Assembly (NCBI GenBank): GCA_009602725.1 | Contig: WELB01000002.1 | Location: forward strand, 60,819-124,818 | Length of the DNA stretch: 64,000 nucleotides | Source: Spirogloea muscicola | Taxonomy: Eukaryota | Reading direction: 5' to 3' | Part shown: one piece after another, positions 1 through 21,000 of the stretch | Layout of the letters: each line of letters begins with the position of its first letter | Position numbering within the stretch: position 1 is the stretch's first letter | Program-made: the position numbers and the translations under genes | Notes under the pieces: generated by a model | Databases searched by the model: none | What the model saw: the letters and a program-made list of their open reading frames with translations, nothing else | What the model was told of the DNA's origin: nothing

Positions 1-3000
1 GCGCCCGACGCCGGCGTCCAGCAGGCGCCGCCGACGGCGCCGGGCCGCACGCCGACGCTGCAGGAGATCCAGGGCGACCAGCTGACGGCGGTGGCGCAGC
101 GCACGTGGCCCGCGCAGGGCCCCCGCGCGCCCTTCGACGAGGCGCTGGTGAAGCGCATCTACGAGCAGGAGCTGTGCGTGGCGGGCGGCGCCGCCAAGGC
201 GGTGCCGCTGCAGCGCGCCATGCTGCTGGAGATCAGCCAGTACCTGGAGAACTACCTGTGGCCCTACTTCCAGCCCGACCGCGAGGCCTCCTTCGAGCAC
301 GTCATGTCCATCGTCCTCATGGTCAACGAGAAGGTGAGCTCCGCGCGACGCCGTGAGCACCTTGTGAAGGCGTCGACCCTGCGCGGGCTGCCGGATCCGA
401 GCGCGTCCGTCTCACTCCGTCCGTCTGCGGCACTCCGTCGCGAACAGTTCCGGGAGAACGTCCCGGCGTGGAGGAGCTTCCACGAGCGCGCTGAGGCCTT
501 CCCGGCCTTCTTCAAGTGCGTCCTCCAGCTCCAGGACCAGGTGCCGGCGGTGCACCTTGCCAAGTCCTCTTGCCGCTGGGCCTCGACCTTTCTTGCTGGC
601 CCTATGGCAACGTTCCAAGGCTGCTCCAGATGCGTGGGGCTCACTGTCGCTAAATCAAAAGCTGCTGTCACTCTCGTGCAATCCCAGGGCGCAATGGAGA
701 TGACCATTCGAGAGAAGATCAACTACTTGCTCTTTGTGATCAACTGCTTCCAGGTAGGCCTCCCCTTTTCCCTCAGGCGCAGCACATATCGCATAGAGTA
801 TTGGGCCTTATTCATGCCCCTGTCCTGGGCTTGCTTCAAGTCCCTAGAGTCCTGCACTTCATGCGTGCCGAGCCAAGCTCGTCAACGTGCCATGCATCCG
901 CTGCAGTGGGCTGCCGCCGGGACTCAGCCGTCCGGGATTGCACTCTTTGCAGAGCCTGGAAGATGAGATGGTGAGGGGCCCAGTACTCAAGCTCGTATCT
1001 CTACAGCTTTGGCATGCCCTCTCCCCTGGTCGCCGTCAGGTCCTTTTCTACAATGACACCCTCAGTCAAAGCTGACACCTCTGGCTGCTGTTTGCCTTCC
1101 ATTACATACATTGTCACGCTTGATGACCTTTGTAGTCCACCTCTATGTGGTCATCCAGTTGGGTCAAGCAACTTTTCTCGACCCTCATGTTCAAGTGTCG
1201 ATCCACCAAACTCTAAGGTCTACCAAACTCTGTGTCTAAGGTCCACCAAACTCTGTCTCTTCCTTAGATTGCTCTGCGATCCTTTCCTCAACTGGAGCCG
1301 CTGTGGAAGAAATTGTTGAAGAGAGAGTCACGTGCAGGCAAAGGTGGCCAGGCTCCACAATCCCGTACAGAGGCCCGTTTCATACCCCGTCTGATTGAGG
1401 ACTTCCTTGAGGTAGGCTCTCCGATGCCTGTCTAAGTCATCATAATCTGGAAATGCAAGTAGGCTCTCTGCCTGGCAGCTATGGTCAATAGTGCCCCTTG
1501 GATCACAAGTGCTACTGTTTATGCTGCACACTGATATAAGTGAACTCCGCAAGACTTTCCAGCATTGCCACTCCAAGAGCTCCATAAGTATTCCAAGAAT
1601 GGCCAATTTCTATGCATTTGCTTATTTTCAAGTCACAAATACTCAACCAGAACGTTCATGACTTGCTCACAAGGCAGATACTCAATGAAGTGGTGAGGCC
1701 AGAAGCAAATGGCATACTTGAGAATGGTAGAGATGGAACTCATGAAATTGGCAACAGTATGGTGGTCGACCCTCTTCGTCTGCTCTTCTGTGAACGCTTT
1801 GCGGAGCTGATGATTGACCTTCTGAGTCAGCTTCGCACACGCAGGTGAAGACCTGTCCGAATCAGCTCGAGGCATTCTGGTGCACATGCTGCATGATTGT
1901 TGCAACACTCTCTGCAGAGCAGCGTGAAGTCTAAGCCCATTTCTTGGGTCGTTGGTGCAGGTTTGTGCGGACCTTACTGGAAGATGTAGCGCTTGTCGTC
2001 AAGTGCCGCATGAGCACACTGTATAATCACCCAAGAGGCCGACTCTTTAGCCAGCTCGTTGATCTGCTGAGATTCTACCAGGGGTTTGAGATCGACGACT
2101 TCCGTGGCACACAGCTGACAGATGCGGAGGTTTTGGTAGCTCACTGTGACAAGCTGCAGGCCCTTCAGCGTCTTCTCTTCAAGTCCATGCCAAAGGTGGG
2201 AGGCCTGCAACACTTTGACTTGCCATTCTCCGTACACTGTGCCTTGCCAAATTTCATTACTTGATATGTGACAGGTTTGAGGAGTGAATAAGCACAAGTT
2301 CTTGCACAACACATCGCATGGAAGGAAGCTTTCCGCTTTGTTGACCATTTGGCGTTTCGCTCCTTTTGACAGTTGAGGGAGCTCGCTTTGAGCAACATCG
2401 CAGCAGTGGAGAAACGATCAGACTTGGCCAAGAGGTTGTCATCCTTGACATTTGAGGAGCTCAGGGACCTAGTTGTAAACAAGGTACAGCACCTTTACTA
2501 TGTTCAAACCCATCATTCACTGGACCTAAGGAGAAGAGGAAACTTGTCACTGAAGATGGATGCTTTCCTTTCGCTCCTCGCAGTTACATCTGGCCTCTGC
2601 CGCCGACCCCTGGGCCGAGAGTTCGGACTTCCTGGTCGAGGTCGTTCTGGCATCGTTTGAGCGCCGACAATCACAGCGGGAGCAGTTGAACGAGCTCCCA
2701 CTGTACCCGAATGAGGAGGTCATGTGGGACGAGAGCTTGGTGCCATCGGTCAACTACACTGGTGAAGGTTGCCTGGCGTTGCCAAAGCTCAACCTGCAGT
2801 TCCTTACTCTGCACGACTACCTTCTTCGCAACTTCAACCTTTTCCGCTTGGAATCCACTTACGAGATACGGGAGGACGTACACGACGTGCTGAAGCGTAT
2901 GAAGGCCAGGGCTAATCCTATGGATCCTGATGATATCACCTTTGGTGGCTGGGCCAGGATGGCTCTGCCATTGGCACAGCCAATGCGTATCACAGATGTC

Positions 3001-6000
3001 GCTGCGCCCCTCATTGGGGAACAGCGACCAGCATCCGTGACGGCTGAGTTGTCCATTGATGTTGCCAGCTACAGGGGTGCTATGAGAGCTGAATGGAACG
3101 AGCTCAAAGAGCACGATGTGCTGTTTGTACTAGCCATCCGGCCTGAGCCTCCTTCACCCTATGGCAATGGTGCGGAAGCGGGACCAGCAAGTGCGTACGA
3201 TCACATAGGGGGCAGCAGCGTGCCTGAGAGATTCGGCCTGCAATACGTGCGGGGGTGCGAAGTGGTGGAAGTGAAGGATGAAGGAGGTCGTCTCATGAAT
3301 GACTTTACTGGTCGCGTGAAGCGAGAGGAATGGAAGCCTCCCGAGGGCACAAAGCGAACGCTGGTGGTGGCACTTGATACTGCACAGTACCAGCTCGATG
3401 TGAATGCAGGGGTTGAGGCTAACATCAGCAGGTCACTCAATGTGGTGATGCGCCGCAAGCCCAAGGAGAACAACTTCAAGGCCATACTAGAGTCTATCCG
3501 AGACCTCATGAATGAGGATGCCACAGTGCCGACTTGGCTGCATGACATCTTCTTAGGCTACGGCGATCCTGCTGCTGCTCAGTGGCATCACATGCCTCCA
3601 CAGCAGCAGCTCCGCATCGTTGACTTCAAGGACACTTTCCTCTCTCCAAAGCACCTGCTTGCGTCATTCCCGGGCCGTCAGGTACGTCATGGGTCTACCT
3701 GTCAGTCACTTCTCCAGATGTGGGCAGTGAAAAAACGCAATGCGCTGTGAGGCTAATCTGATCAGTGCTGCGAGGCTCTTTGCGTATGAGCAGGTGCAGT
3801 TCATGAAAGAGAGGCCAGAAGACCCAGATCCCCAGCCGCCTTATCGCATTACCTTTTCAGAAGCTCCTCTCCCCGAGGCAACAGCTGCGGGTCCTGACAG
3901 CAAGCGTAAGGCAGGTGGAGAAGGGAAGGACACGGCGCACGCTGAACTTGTGGTAGAAGCTTACCGAGCTCCAGATCCTGGGCCATATCCTCAGGACCAG
4001 CCCAATCAGAATGCGGTCGAATTCACGCCTGTTCAGGTAGAGCCCATCCTTCTTCTGGTACTTGCTGTTCACATCAAGATTTTATATGTCTGTGCGCTCT
4101 GCTGAGTGCAGGGATCTCACAAGTCTCTCGAGCATTCTGCTGCCAGGTGGACGCTATAATGGCAGGGGTGCAGCCAGGTCTTACAATGGTGGTGGGGCCA
4201 CCAGGCACAGGAAAGACAGATACAGCAGTGCAGATTCTGCATGTACTCTATCACAATTGCCCGTCCCAGCGGACGCTGCTCATCACCCACTCCAACCAAG
4301 CTCTCAATGACCTCTTTGAGAAGATCATGCAGGTACTGACCAGAATGTATTTCTGTGTGAAATCTACACGTTATCACTGTGTCTGCTGTTTGCACCCCTG
4401 ACCTCCCATTATACACCCACTGTGAAGCTTTGACATCTGTATACTGTATGCTTGCAGAGGGATGTACCAGCACGTTACCTGCTCCGGCTTGGGATGGGTG
4501 AGTCAGAGTTGGCAGGCGAAGGCGATTTTAGCAGAGCAGGTCGCGTGAATGCCATGCTGGCGCGGCGGCTGGAGCTACTGGCGCAGGTTGAGCGCTTGGC
4601 CAGCACATTGTCTTTACCGACCGAGAGTGCTCAGACATGCGAGGATGCAGCGCATTTCTGGCTCCTGCATGTCTTCTCCCGGTGGGAGGTCTTCAAAGTG
4701 AAGGTGGACGCAGCCGTCAGGAGTGGTGACAATCCGAAGGTTGTCAGAGAACAATTTCCCTTCCTTGAATTCTTCTCTGATGCTCCTCAGCCTGTGTTCG
4801 CACGAGTGTTTCAGTCGCTTGAGGCAGACATGCGGTCAGCAGAGGGGTGCTTCAGGCATCTCCGCACTATGTTTGAGGAGCTAGCAGAGTGCCGTGCATT
4901 TGAGTTGCTCAAGAGCACGGGAGAGCGAGCCAACTACCTGATGGCCAAGCAGGCCAAGGTTGTCGCCATGACATGCACGCATGCAGCGCTTAAGCGGCGT
5001 GACTTTCTCAAGCTTGGCTTCAAGTACGACAACCTTGTGATGGAGGAGAGCGCTCAGATCCTGGAGATCGAAACACTCATCCCGATGCTGCTACAGAGAC
5101 CTCAAGATGGTCGTGCACGCCTCAAGCGCTGCATCCTGATCGGAGATCATCATCAGCTTCCGCCTGTGGTCAAGAATATGGCTTTCCAGAAGTACTCCCA
5201 CATGGATCAGAGTCTCTTCACCAGATTTGTGCGCCTTGGAGTGCCCTATGTGGAGCTCAATGCGCAGGGACGAGCACGGCCTGCAATGGCTCGCCTGTAC
5301 TCGTGGCGTTACCGTGACTTGGGCAATCTTCCTAGCGTCAGCAGCCCTGGGAGTCCCTTCACCTTCGCCAATGCAGGATTCGCACACACTTTCCAGCTCG
5401 TGGACGTGCAGGACTACCAGGGAGTGGGAGAAATGGAACCCAATCCTTGGTTCTATCAGAACTTGGGAGAGGCTGAGTACATCATTAGTGTGTATCAGTA
5501 CATGCGCCTCCTCGGCTACCCAGCTCACAAAATCTCAATACTCACAACCTACAACGGTCAGAAACACCTCCTACGTGACGTCATTGAGCGGCGCTGCGCT
5601 GGCCATCCACTCTTTGGCCGTCCATCAAAGGTAAGACGCAGTGTAATTAGGGCTGTTGTAGGGGGATAAGAGGAGGCAAGGAGGAAGCCTGGGAGGCAGA
5701 AAATGATAGAGGAAGTATGTACTTGTTGCATGCATCCACTCAACTTCAGGAGATTTAAGAGCTCTCTAATTGCAATGCCTTCGCCTGAGGTTCACATTTG
5801 TCAATCCGCAGGTAACAACGGTGGATCGATTCCAGGGACAGCAGAATGACTACATTCTCCTGTCTTTGGTACGGACAAGGGTGGTGGGGCATCTTCGTGA
5901 TGTGCGACGCCTAGTGGTGGCCATGTCGCGTGCACGCTTGGGCCTTTACGTCTTCTGTCGCCGTGACCTATTCCAGCAGTGTTATGAGCTACAGCCCACC

Positions 6001-6540
6001 TTCAAGTTGCTCCTGAGCCGGCCAGATCAGCTCGCGCTAGTGTTGGCGGAATCACAACATCCCACAACAAGACCAGCTGCTAACGACCAGGATGCAGAGC
6101 CCTCTGCCTCCCCTCCTCATCTTGTATCATCGTTGGAGGAAATGGCAGGCATCGTTTCTATGAAGTTTGAGAGCTGGCAGCGTGCACAGCAGGTTAGCAA
6201 CTTGCCTTCGAAAAAATCTATGCTCGCGTAGTTCTGCATACTGGAGAGGAATTCTGTACATCAAAATCACAGACTTTGCAAGATGATTGCAGAATCAGCA
6301 TTGACCATGGCATGGGCGACCATCAAGAAAATTCGCTGTGCTGCTGGATAGCCATAGCCTTGGCTGCGCGCATGTGCGCTACCGTGGTGCAAGACCTATG
6401 TGCACAAGACTGACTTGTTTAATCAGTCGGTCTTGCAGGAAAAGGCATCGAAGCAAGAAGCCGCTGTATCTTTGGCTAAAATTCTGGATCATGCGCGCAG
6501 CCATGGCTATGGCTCTGATGTACAGACTGCGGCAGCATGA
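1..6540 (+). CDS. AQR: Spliceosomal intron-binding RNA helicase Aquarius (AQR/IBP160/EMB-4, plant MAC7); multi-exon, start codon just upstream of the window
   Basis: Exons encode [46 protein letters not shown], Walker [37 protein letters not shown] and [12 protein letters not shown]. Introns are GT-AG. Inferred last exon 6439-6540 ends in TGA. Confidence 0.96.
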
Positions 6541-6965
6541 TCGAAGACTCTTGATTGTCGCCCGTGCAACGGTCATGGTCGACACTCTTGATGGATGCTC
6601 GCCGAGCCAATATCGAGAGTCCAGAAACGACGTCAGCGACGCAGAGGTGCAGAGGTCGTAGTGATTTCCAATGGCTTTCAGCGTCTTGCAGCTCGTACAC
6701 AGTGTGCAGTGCTTAGTGGTGCTGTACACATCTTATCTCCATTTTTGTACACAATTTTGCAGCCGTCCCCTGGCCAAAAATTGGACGACTGCAAAGAATC
6801 TAGGTTCAAAGAAAAGAATTGAGCAGATTACAAACAGGGGCTCTGTAGGTGGATTAGGCTTAGAGCCACAGACACTCGCCCCCACAGGCATGTGGTGCAA
6901 TTGTAGCTCCCCAAAGACCCTCCTGGCAAAGAAGCACCAGTGTACAGCCTCAACGGCCCTTGATC

Positions 6966-9900
6966 TCAGGCACCCCGAGAACTCAGCAGCTTCACCTTCT
7001 GCAAGCGGGTCTGAGTGTGTCAATCATCTAACCCAATATCATCAGCTTCGTCTAACCCAAAATCATCAGCTTCGGTTGCATCACCAGCTCGCAAACATGG
7101 CATACTCTCCTTTACATGTCAAGATTGTTCACATACTTACAGAGATAAATTTATGAGGATCATCTAGCGTTGTTGATCCAAATATAACTTCCCGTTGGAG
7201 TTGTGCAGACATTTTGTGTGCCGCTCGTAGCTGCCATATCAAGCTGCAATGTCAGTACCTTGCAAGAGTTCACGACTAGCTGCAAAGTGGAAGGCATTGT
7301 CCAGAGATTGAGGTAGCTACCTCTGAGCGCGTCATGCCACCGATAACAAAGACAAAAAGTCGTCGACCGTCGGGAAGAAGCTCTGGAGCCGTTGTTCGGC
7401 TGCTGGCGGAGGTTGACCGCGAGCTATCATTGCTGCCAAGTCCAGGGGGCTTTGCCATTGAGTCGAAGCATGTGCAAAACTTTCGCAGAAGAATACATCC
7501 TCTATCCTTCTGACGGGTTACTAAGTTGGTGCACTGGAGGTCTCCGTAGGACTGTTACCTTGAGGAGTCGTCGGAGGATTTGGACTTGCTAGCCCAGCTC
7601 GTTCGAGCAGAGGTTCGCATGGATATGCCAGTACGTGCAGGAGTTGTGGTAGTGGCAGCGTTAGCAGTTGACGGTGACGGGGTGGGCACTACAGAAGCCA
7701 TGCCACGCAGCACTGCTGCCGAGGGTTCCTTGACATACGGGTACTCGTCCTTGGGAAGGTCCCCTTTGGCAAGATCCTCAACAACATCCTGTCAAACACT
7801 TTGATACATCTCAGAATGCATGCACATTTGCTGCATGACAGCCAAGTACCCCTGCCAAAGTACAGAAGCGAAAGCTTCAATGCACATACTATCAATGCTT
7901 AAGCATAACCAATGTAGAAAGTAGCTGTCTACCTTACCTGCACGAGAGGGTAAAATCGAGATAGTGACCAGGCCTCCTCATCTTGAGTACGCTCTCGTCT
8001 CATTGGCCGCTTGGCCTGCTGCAGCAAGCAATAAGACAAGCAAGTGTCAAGCCAAGACATGGGTTGCCTGAGTGCTTAGAGGCAGAGTCCTCTACAATTT
8101 TACTGTCAGGAGGTAGCACAATGCCTGAGGTGCTGAGAGTAGGTCACCAGGCTTTACCTTACGGGCACCAAATTTGAGGGAGAATGAGCTGTTACTTTGG
8201 GCCTTCTTTGCAACAGACACACCTAAGAATTCCAGGTTGTCGACAGCTCGCATGTCGTCTTCCGAAAGTTTCGCAAGCTGCAAAAGTAAGGACATGGTCT
8301 TCAGAGACAAGGATGCGAGCGGGCCGAGATCATCAGTGGACCCACAGAAGTCCATGGTGGACCCGTTCACTACAGGATGTCAAACGCCAGTACAGCAGCA
8401 TTACCTTCATCCACTGCATGCGCTTGGTGGAGTCCAGCTTCTCGGGGTGGGTGACCGCGTAAATCATGAGTAAGCGCAGCTTGTCCATCTGCGTCAACCT
8501 CTGTCAGCACAAGGGGCATAGAAGGCAGGTCATGCTCATGCCAAATGGCAAACAGCAACTCCAAGACGTCAGCATCCACGCACACAGTCACTGCAGCACA
8601 AGAGAAAAGGTGATTCTCAACACACAGGATTTGTTGTTAGGAGCCCGAGAAGCTCCTTGCTGGTTGCGTCGCCAAAGACTAGATCTTGCTCCAGCTTTCC
8701 CACATCAACCAAAGCTTCCTCCTTGATCCTTGCATTGATTGATGTTGCGATCTGCAGATGTTGCTCTCCACAATTTATGACGCGAATGACTAATGCTCTA
8801 CCAGCAGTCAAGTTGAGTACGTGCATGATAGATGACTAGGATGGGTCTTCTGACTCCGCAAGGAACCTCTGAAATTGCATGCCTCATCATCATCTAGAAG
8901 ATGGAAGCTCACATGTATGTGCAGGCTGAGCTTATCAAGCTGCTCCCGGTACTGTGGTAAAGCCTGAAACACGACTTGCTCTGCGAATCAATCTATGCAT
9001 AGGCGAATCTAGGATGTCCAATTGATGTCTCAATATATCGAGCAGAAAAATTTGTGCAAAGCAAGAAGCTGTGGCCACATTGTGCGGCTGAAAGGTAGCT
9101 ACCTGAACCATCTTCTGCATGTCCCGAGTCGAGATGTCCTCACGATCCCTGCAAGCTCAGTGGAAGCTGAGGAGATATGCATAGTGGGATCAAGCTAGGC
9201 GAGTTTTCATTAGTCAGGCTACTCTCGAGCATTACAGCAATTCTGTGCCACAAGCACACAGGTCAAACGTACTCAGGTCAGGCTGGACTTACTGGCCACC
9301 AAGACGCATCTGAGCAGCCTTGTTTGTAGATCCAAACTGCCGCATTTTGTCATCAAGTCTCAAACCGGCCTACAGCAGAGTGGAAAATTGTCCTGGATCA
9401 ATGACACCCACAACCGAAGCAGACTGTTCCATATGCAGGAATACAAGCTATTTTCTCACTCACATCAGCTATGTGTAGGTCTCGAAGCTCCAACCACACG
9501 GGATCGTGCTCCTCCAGAAGCACATCCTTGACGTCCTTTGCTCCCGAGCTTGTCACCACCTCATATCTGTACTTGCTACCCTCCATGGGAAGCAGATCGT
9601 GGCACATGCAATCGTAAGTCCATTCGTGAATGACAGGTGCCACCTGCCATTGCAGGCATGCAACCACTTCAGCAGCTTGTATATCTGCTAGCTTTGCCAG
9701 CAGTAACGTGCCAGCAAAAATTATCAAGAAAACAGACATCCTCATGTCCAGATATTGGTTAATGCCAGCATAGCTTGTGCCCATAACTGAGGGAGGAGGT
9801 CAATGAGCACTCACAGGATCAAAAGAGCGGTCGAGGATGATGAGGTCGCAGGTCTCCTGTTGTGGAAAATTGGGCAGAGAAGCTCTGTACTTCATGAGCC

Positions 9901-11836
9901 GGTCCCACACCATCGAAGCGAGCCTGGTGGACACCAAGTCTCGTGCACTCGGGCTTGCATTACCCGCCCTAGCAGCTCGATACCGGACCAAGGGAAACTC
10001 CTGCAGGATACAGAAGCTGCATATGTTGGAGAGCGTTCCGCCTGTACTCATCCCATCAGAAATGACTGCAAATTCAGAGAGGAAGCTATCGAAGGGGTAG
10101 CCTAGCTATACCTTGACGGAAGCAAAGACTGTGGCCAAGCGAGAGGCCACGCCTTCCAGGCAGCGGTCAAAAACCTGAGAGCCGTCTCCATACTGCCCAT
10201 ATAGGTGCTCAAGAGCTTGTGCATGGTCTGTCACGAAGCCCTGGCAAATAGGCTTGCCAAGCACGTCAAGGGCTGCACGCTAGCCTTGCCCACAGATCCT
10301 CAACCATCTGTGACTAGTGTACTAAACAGACAAGTGGAAGGCAGATACTTGTTGCACATTGTCATCTAGATACTGTGTTGTGTTAATCAGAACGACAGCA
10401 CTGCATCACCAACACGTATGCACACGCACGACAAAGAGCAAATGTTGACCTCATATTACCTGCGTATCAATGGTAAGATACTCTAGATTGACCTGCACAG
10501 CAGGTGACGATCCGCAATTGCAGGCATAAGCAGGGAACTACGAATACTACGCAGTTCAGGCCTCAGATGACATCATTGACAAGCTCAGCTCGGCAACGCA
10601 TCAAATACACCAACCAACCCTGCCCTGCAGCTGCCAAGTACAGCTCCCAAGTATCGCACTGCTCAATGGATGACTGGCTCAGCAGCATGCAGCATCGCTC
10701 TGAGGGCAAGAGTGAGCACCTCCTTCATGGCTGCGATACGAGGGATGAGGAGAGGGTCGCCCTTTATGGCCTGCAGGTACTCCCGAGACACTGGCGAGCT
10801 GTAGAAGACATAAGCTCTGCAGGCGACATAGACCAGGCTGACGTGTGAGCATGCAATCCACGGGAACGGATCAGATCAGTGCTCTTGGCTTGGAGCTCCT
10901 CAGCTCTGCAATGAACCCACTCACACCAGCCCATCCCTGCGCGCTTTTTGAGAGGACAATGCCTTGACTACAACCGACAAACCGCCATGTCCTACCAATG
11001 CTTAACTGTCAAATCCGTGCACTTTGGATAATGTGCTAGCTGCCGCTGTAACTGAGGTAATCCACCTTCAAGGTGGACCTGGCAAAGCTGGCCACAACGA
11101 CTGCAAGCAACTTGCTGGACAAGAGGCTTTGGCACGTGTGTGCGCAGGCAGTTCGTAAGACACGCTGCCACGCCCAAGGGCAGCCTGTTGTGAGTGGGGG
11201 TTGTGGAGCCTGTCACCTTTTGTACAAGGGACTCGCTCCAGACATGTCGTCCCTCATACGCCGGATGCTGCGCTCGCGGGACCAGCCAGAGCCGGGCAGG
11301 CCGTCAGCAAAAGCGAGTAAGACAGTGTCAAGCAAAAAGTCCGCCTGAGGGACGAGCGAGCGCTGCAGCATGGGATGCCTCTGCAGGGACTGCACTTAGG
11401 CGGCAGCAGCTCAGAGCTGCAGGCCCCCAGGACGCGCTGTGCGCGGTCGCGGTGGTCAGAGGGCCCGGACCTGTCCCGCGTGGGCTGAATGTAGTAGATG
11501 GCGTCCAGCGACGGCAGCGGCTGCCGCTTCTTCTTCAGGTCCTCCACGACTGCACCGACACCGCCAGGAGCGCGCGCGCCTCGTCGGCCAGGGGACAGGA
11601 GAGGCCCAAGAGGCTGTGGGCGGGCCGCGTGCCGCAGGCGGAGGCAGCGGCGGCTGGCGAGGGCGCTCACGGGAGACGCCCTCGTCGGTGATGTCGGCCA
11701 TCTTGCAGGCGTTGGACATGACTCGCACCGTGAATTCGTCCATTATCAGGACCTGCAGCGCGTCAGCAAGGGCCGCCGTGAGCGCGGCAACTTCTCTCGG
11801 CGAGCGCAGAGGTTGTCGCTGGGCGGCGTCGAGGCT

Positions 11837-11867
<31 letters not shown>

Positions 11868-11940
11868 GGCACGGGAGCGGGCCTTCCAGTCGGAGGCGCC
11901 GGAGCCCTTGGCGCCGCGCAGCATCTCCAGCAGCAGGCCT
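6966..11940 (-). CDS. SEC1: Sec1/Munc18 (SM) family protein, KEULE/SEC1-like; multi-exon, first exon lost in gap
   Basis: Exons encode [95 protein letters not shown] and [28 protein letters not shown]. Confidence 0.94.
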
Positions 11941-11971
11941 GCGGCGGCGGGCAGCGGGCGGCGGCGGCGGC

Positions 11972-17682
<5,711 letters not shown>

Positions 17683-18095
17683 AGAGCCTTCTGCAAAGGC
17701 AGCTCAGTGCAGCTGCCAGCTTTCTACCTGTATTGGTTGCACTGCCTCTGTCACGCTTGATGCCCTCTCCTGCTTACAGTGCATGGCTTAGATGCCGCAT
17801 GCATGTGCCAGGAATGCCAAATATGTGGCCCATTAAGGATGCAGTGTCAACTGCCAACTTTAATCAGTGAAGCTGCAGCTATGTTGCTTTCTGCATGCTG
17901 CTTAGTCACACTTGCACATAAGCTCGTTAGTGCAGGATAGATCCACTTCAGTGCTGGCATGCTGGCACTGGGTGCACACTGCTTATTGGTATGGTTTTTA
18001 AGAATAAACAATTTGCCTACCTACTGTGAAGCTGCTCCTCCAGCGGTTGGCTTGTGGGCACTTTTGTACAAAAGTAATGGAGTGTGGGTTGGGGT

Positions 18096-21000
18096 TTAGG
18101 AGAGTGGTTGCACAGGAGACACTGCAGCCGCTGGGAGTGGCGAGCTAGCAGGAGTGGCTTGAACGGTTTGGCCATTCTCATCACTCGACACACCGAAATC
18201 CAGCATAGCTGGACTCACACAATCCCAGCCTGGTGCTGCACAGAGCAAGTTAAGGACATCCAAAAGAGCGGTGTGTAACATGGAGCAATCAAGTCTGATA
18301 TCAACATCATGCTCCATGTACTCTGAGCAATTCATACTGAACAAGTACTACCAAGACTGGGAACAGAGAAATGTGCTGGGTCATATTCAGCCCTCATGAG
18401 GATACGATCACTTTCACTTCGCCAGAGGTCTGTGATGTTCAGATTGTTGACCTCGTCATGGAACCAATACTGGTCCTGCCGAGTCACCGATGCTCATGTC
18501 AAGATAAGGCAAGTCAGCAGGTCGTCAGCAGTGGGAAAAGTGTAGATGTGCTCCTGACATTGCTGGGCAGGTTACATGTGGAAGCAGTGCAGACAGGATG
18601 CGCATGTGACAAATCCAGGACTCCTTTTGCAGTCAGGTGTTACGTGATAGGTTGGTGAGGCCCCAGCTAAGCTAATGGCACCTAATGAGAGGTGACTAGT
18701 GTACCTCCACGTTGGGCGGAGTGATCTGCAAGATCCCACCCATGAGTGCATGGGAGGGGCTGGCTGGCACTGAGCTTGGCCTACTTCCAGCTTCCCGATG
18801 GATGGGTCCCGCACCATCAGCTGCCCGAGGTGGGCTGGCAGCACCAGTTGCATGAATGCTAGGCGGGTCAGCACCGGAGCTGCCATCCAGGTGAGTGTCA
18901 CCGGCAGCATTCGTGTCCTCGGTCCTCTCTTCAAAACGGCTGTGGCACATTTGAAGCAAGAGGAAGACGATGAGCTTATTGAGCCGAGTAAACAAACAGA
19001 TGCAGCATGCAGTGGTGTCTCATATTTCTAAAAGAAATGCAGTAGACCAGTCATCCAAACTTTGGCCCACTTGCACGGCTTGACACAAGAGGCCCCTGGG
19101 CCGAAGGTATTTTGATGATCTGTATACTAGCGTTGCAGTACAGCTGAAGGACATGATACCTGACGAGGTACACATCAATGGGACCAGCCGTGCTCCGCAG
19201 AAGTATTTGATACCGTTTTTGTGGGTATTCCAGGTTCTGCACAATCCGTCCTACTGAGATCAGCCCTCACTATCTGCAATGAGCAAGAATGTACACCACT
19301 GTACTGCAAATACAGTCTTGGGACAATTCCTGCTGATGCAGAGAGGATCAGCATTTTCTGGTGAGTCACGCAGACACTGCTTCCTGCTAACCTCGTCTGG
19401 ATCAGGAACCTCGAGTATTGTTCCGCTCGGAGCTTTGATGACAATAAGCGTCTCATCCTAAATCAAGCAACGTGTACACAAGAAGCCTTTCGTATTAAGC
19501 CTACCGAAATTTGCATATTTCTAAACTGCTCCGTTGTTGAATTGATTCCTAGCAAATAATGCAATCTATTTCATGTGCTCCGCTGCTTAAGTCGATTCCA
19601 AGCAATGCGACATGATTCCATCACCGTCTGATACAAGTGACCACCTCTGGAATGCCTGCGGTGCACTGTCAGCCACCAAGCTCAAGTCCAAGCGGAAACC
19701 CAGGCAGCCAGTATCCGTCATTGTCAAGGGGCAATTTCATACTCAAGTCCAGTGTGGACCAAGCACCAACCTGGAAGCATGGAAGGCACTTGATGTCCTC
19801 GTCGGTCACAAACATGAAGCTGTAGTGAAGTTGTCAAGGCCGACAATGGCTTCGCATTTGGGTTCTTCGGAATAACATCAGCAGTCAGAGTATATGACAC
19901 CTTTAAATGAAGTCGTATTGTGCTTCTCCTGGTGTAGACAAGCATGCCAGAAAGCATAATTGACATGGATACTGCTGATTGTCCTTGTCTTCCGTGAGCT
20001 GCTGTAGCGTCTCATGCATTTCTCTGCAAGAACAAGAGGCGCACGTTACGGAACCCTGAGTGCTCTCACATGCCTTTGACAGGGGTTCTCGTAATCCATC
20101 TTGGGAACAAGCAAGCCGCTGTGCTCTTTGTGTGTCTCGACCAACTCTGTAATAGACACTCGAAGTCACCGTATGCTGTCATCAAGGCCCCTCTCCTCAA
20201 AGCGTAGCTGCTCCAGCTCCAACTGTGAAACAAACTCGCCAAGGTGGGTAAGGGCACTGCCTGAGCGCAGTGGATATGTAAACTGATAAGAGGACCTGGG
20301 GTAACGTGGTTGCTAGCAATCAGCAGCTGGCACGGTGGCCTCATTGATCATATTCAGCCGTGTCTTCCTCAATCAAGCACCCAATGCAGGGATCCACAAG
20401 CGCAGTCATTACATCGACATCGTAAGGGTGAAAGCAACAAGCTGCATCTCTCGCAGCAGCAACTTTGGCGTGAATGTGACGACGATCAATACTGATACAG
20501 AAAAGCTGCTATCCTAACAGCAACTCTGGAAAAGCAACTCAACAATCTACCTGCAGAGCGGAAGTCTCAGTGTTCAAGTTGGCTCCTTGAGGTACATCCA
20601 AGCCTCTTCTCGCATGCAGAAGGCGAGGACAACAATGTCAATCAGAAGGCTGCATATGCTGCACCAGGCCTGTCCTGTGGGTCAACTACGTCCAGAAGAT
20701 GCCCAGCTGCAATGACCACAAGCGACTGCTACAGAGCAGCAGGCGAGCTATGCATCAGGCAGCAGTACAACAAATGGCAGAGCTTTGAAGCAGAGGAATG
20801 CCGAGTCTAGCCAGCTCTGGCTGGTACAGTAAGGAGGCCCTCACCTCCATTGGATGTTGTTCTTGGACTTTTTCTCGATGAGACCGATGCCCTCGAGCAC
20901 ATTCGTGATGTCATATATCCTTCGCTTCTGTACCTGTTCAAGCTTGGCTGAATAAGGGACTGGCCAGATGCTCTGCATGTCCCTCCTGCGAGGAGCTTCG

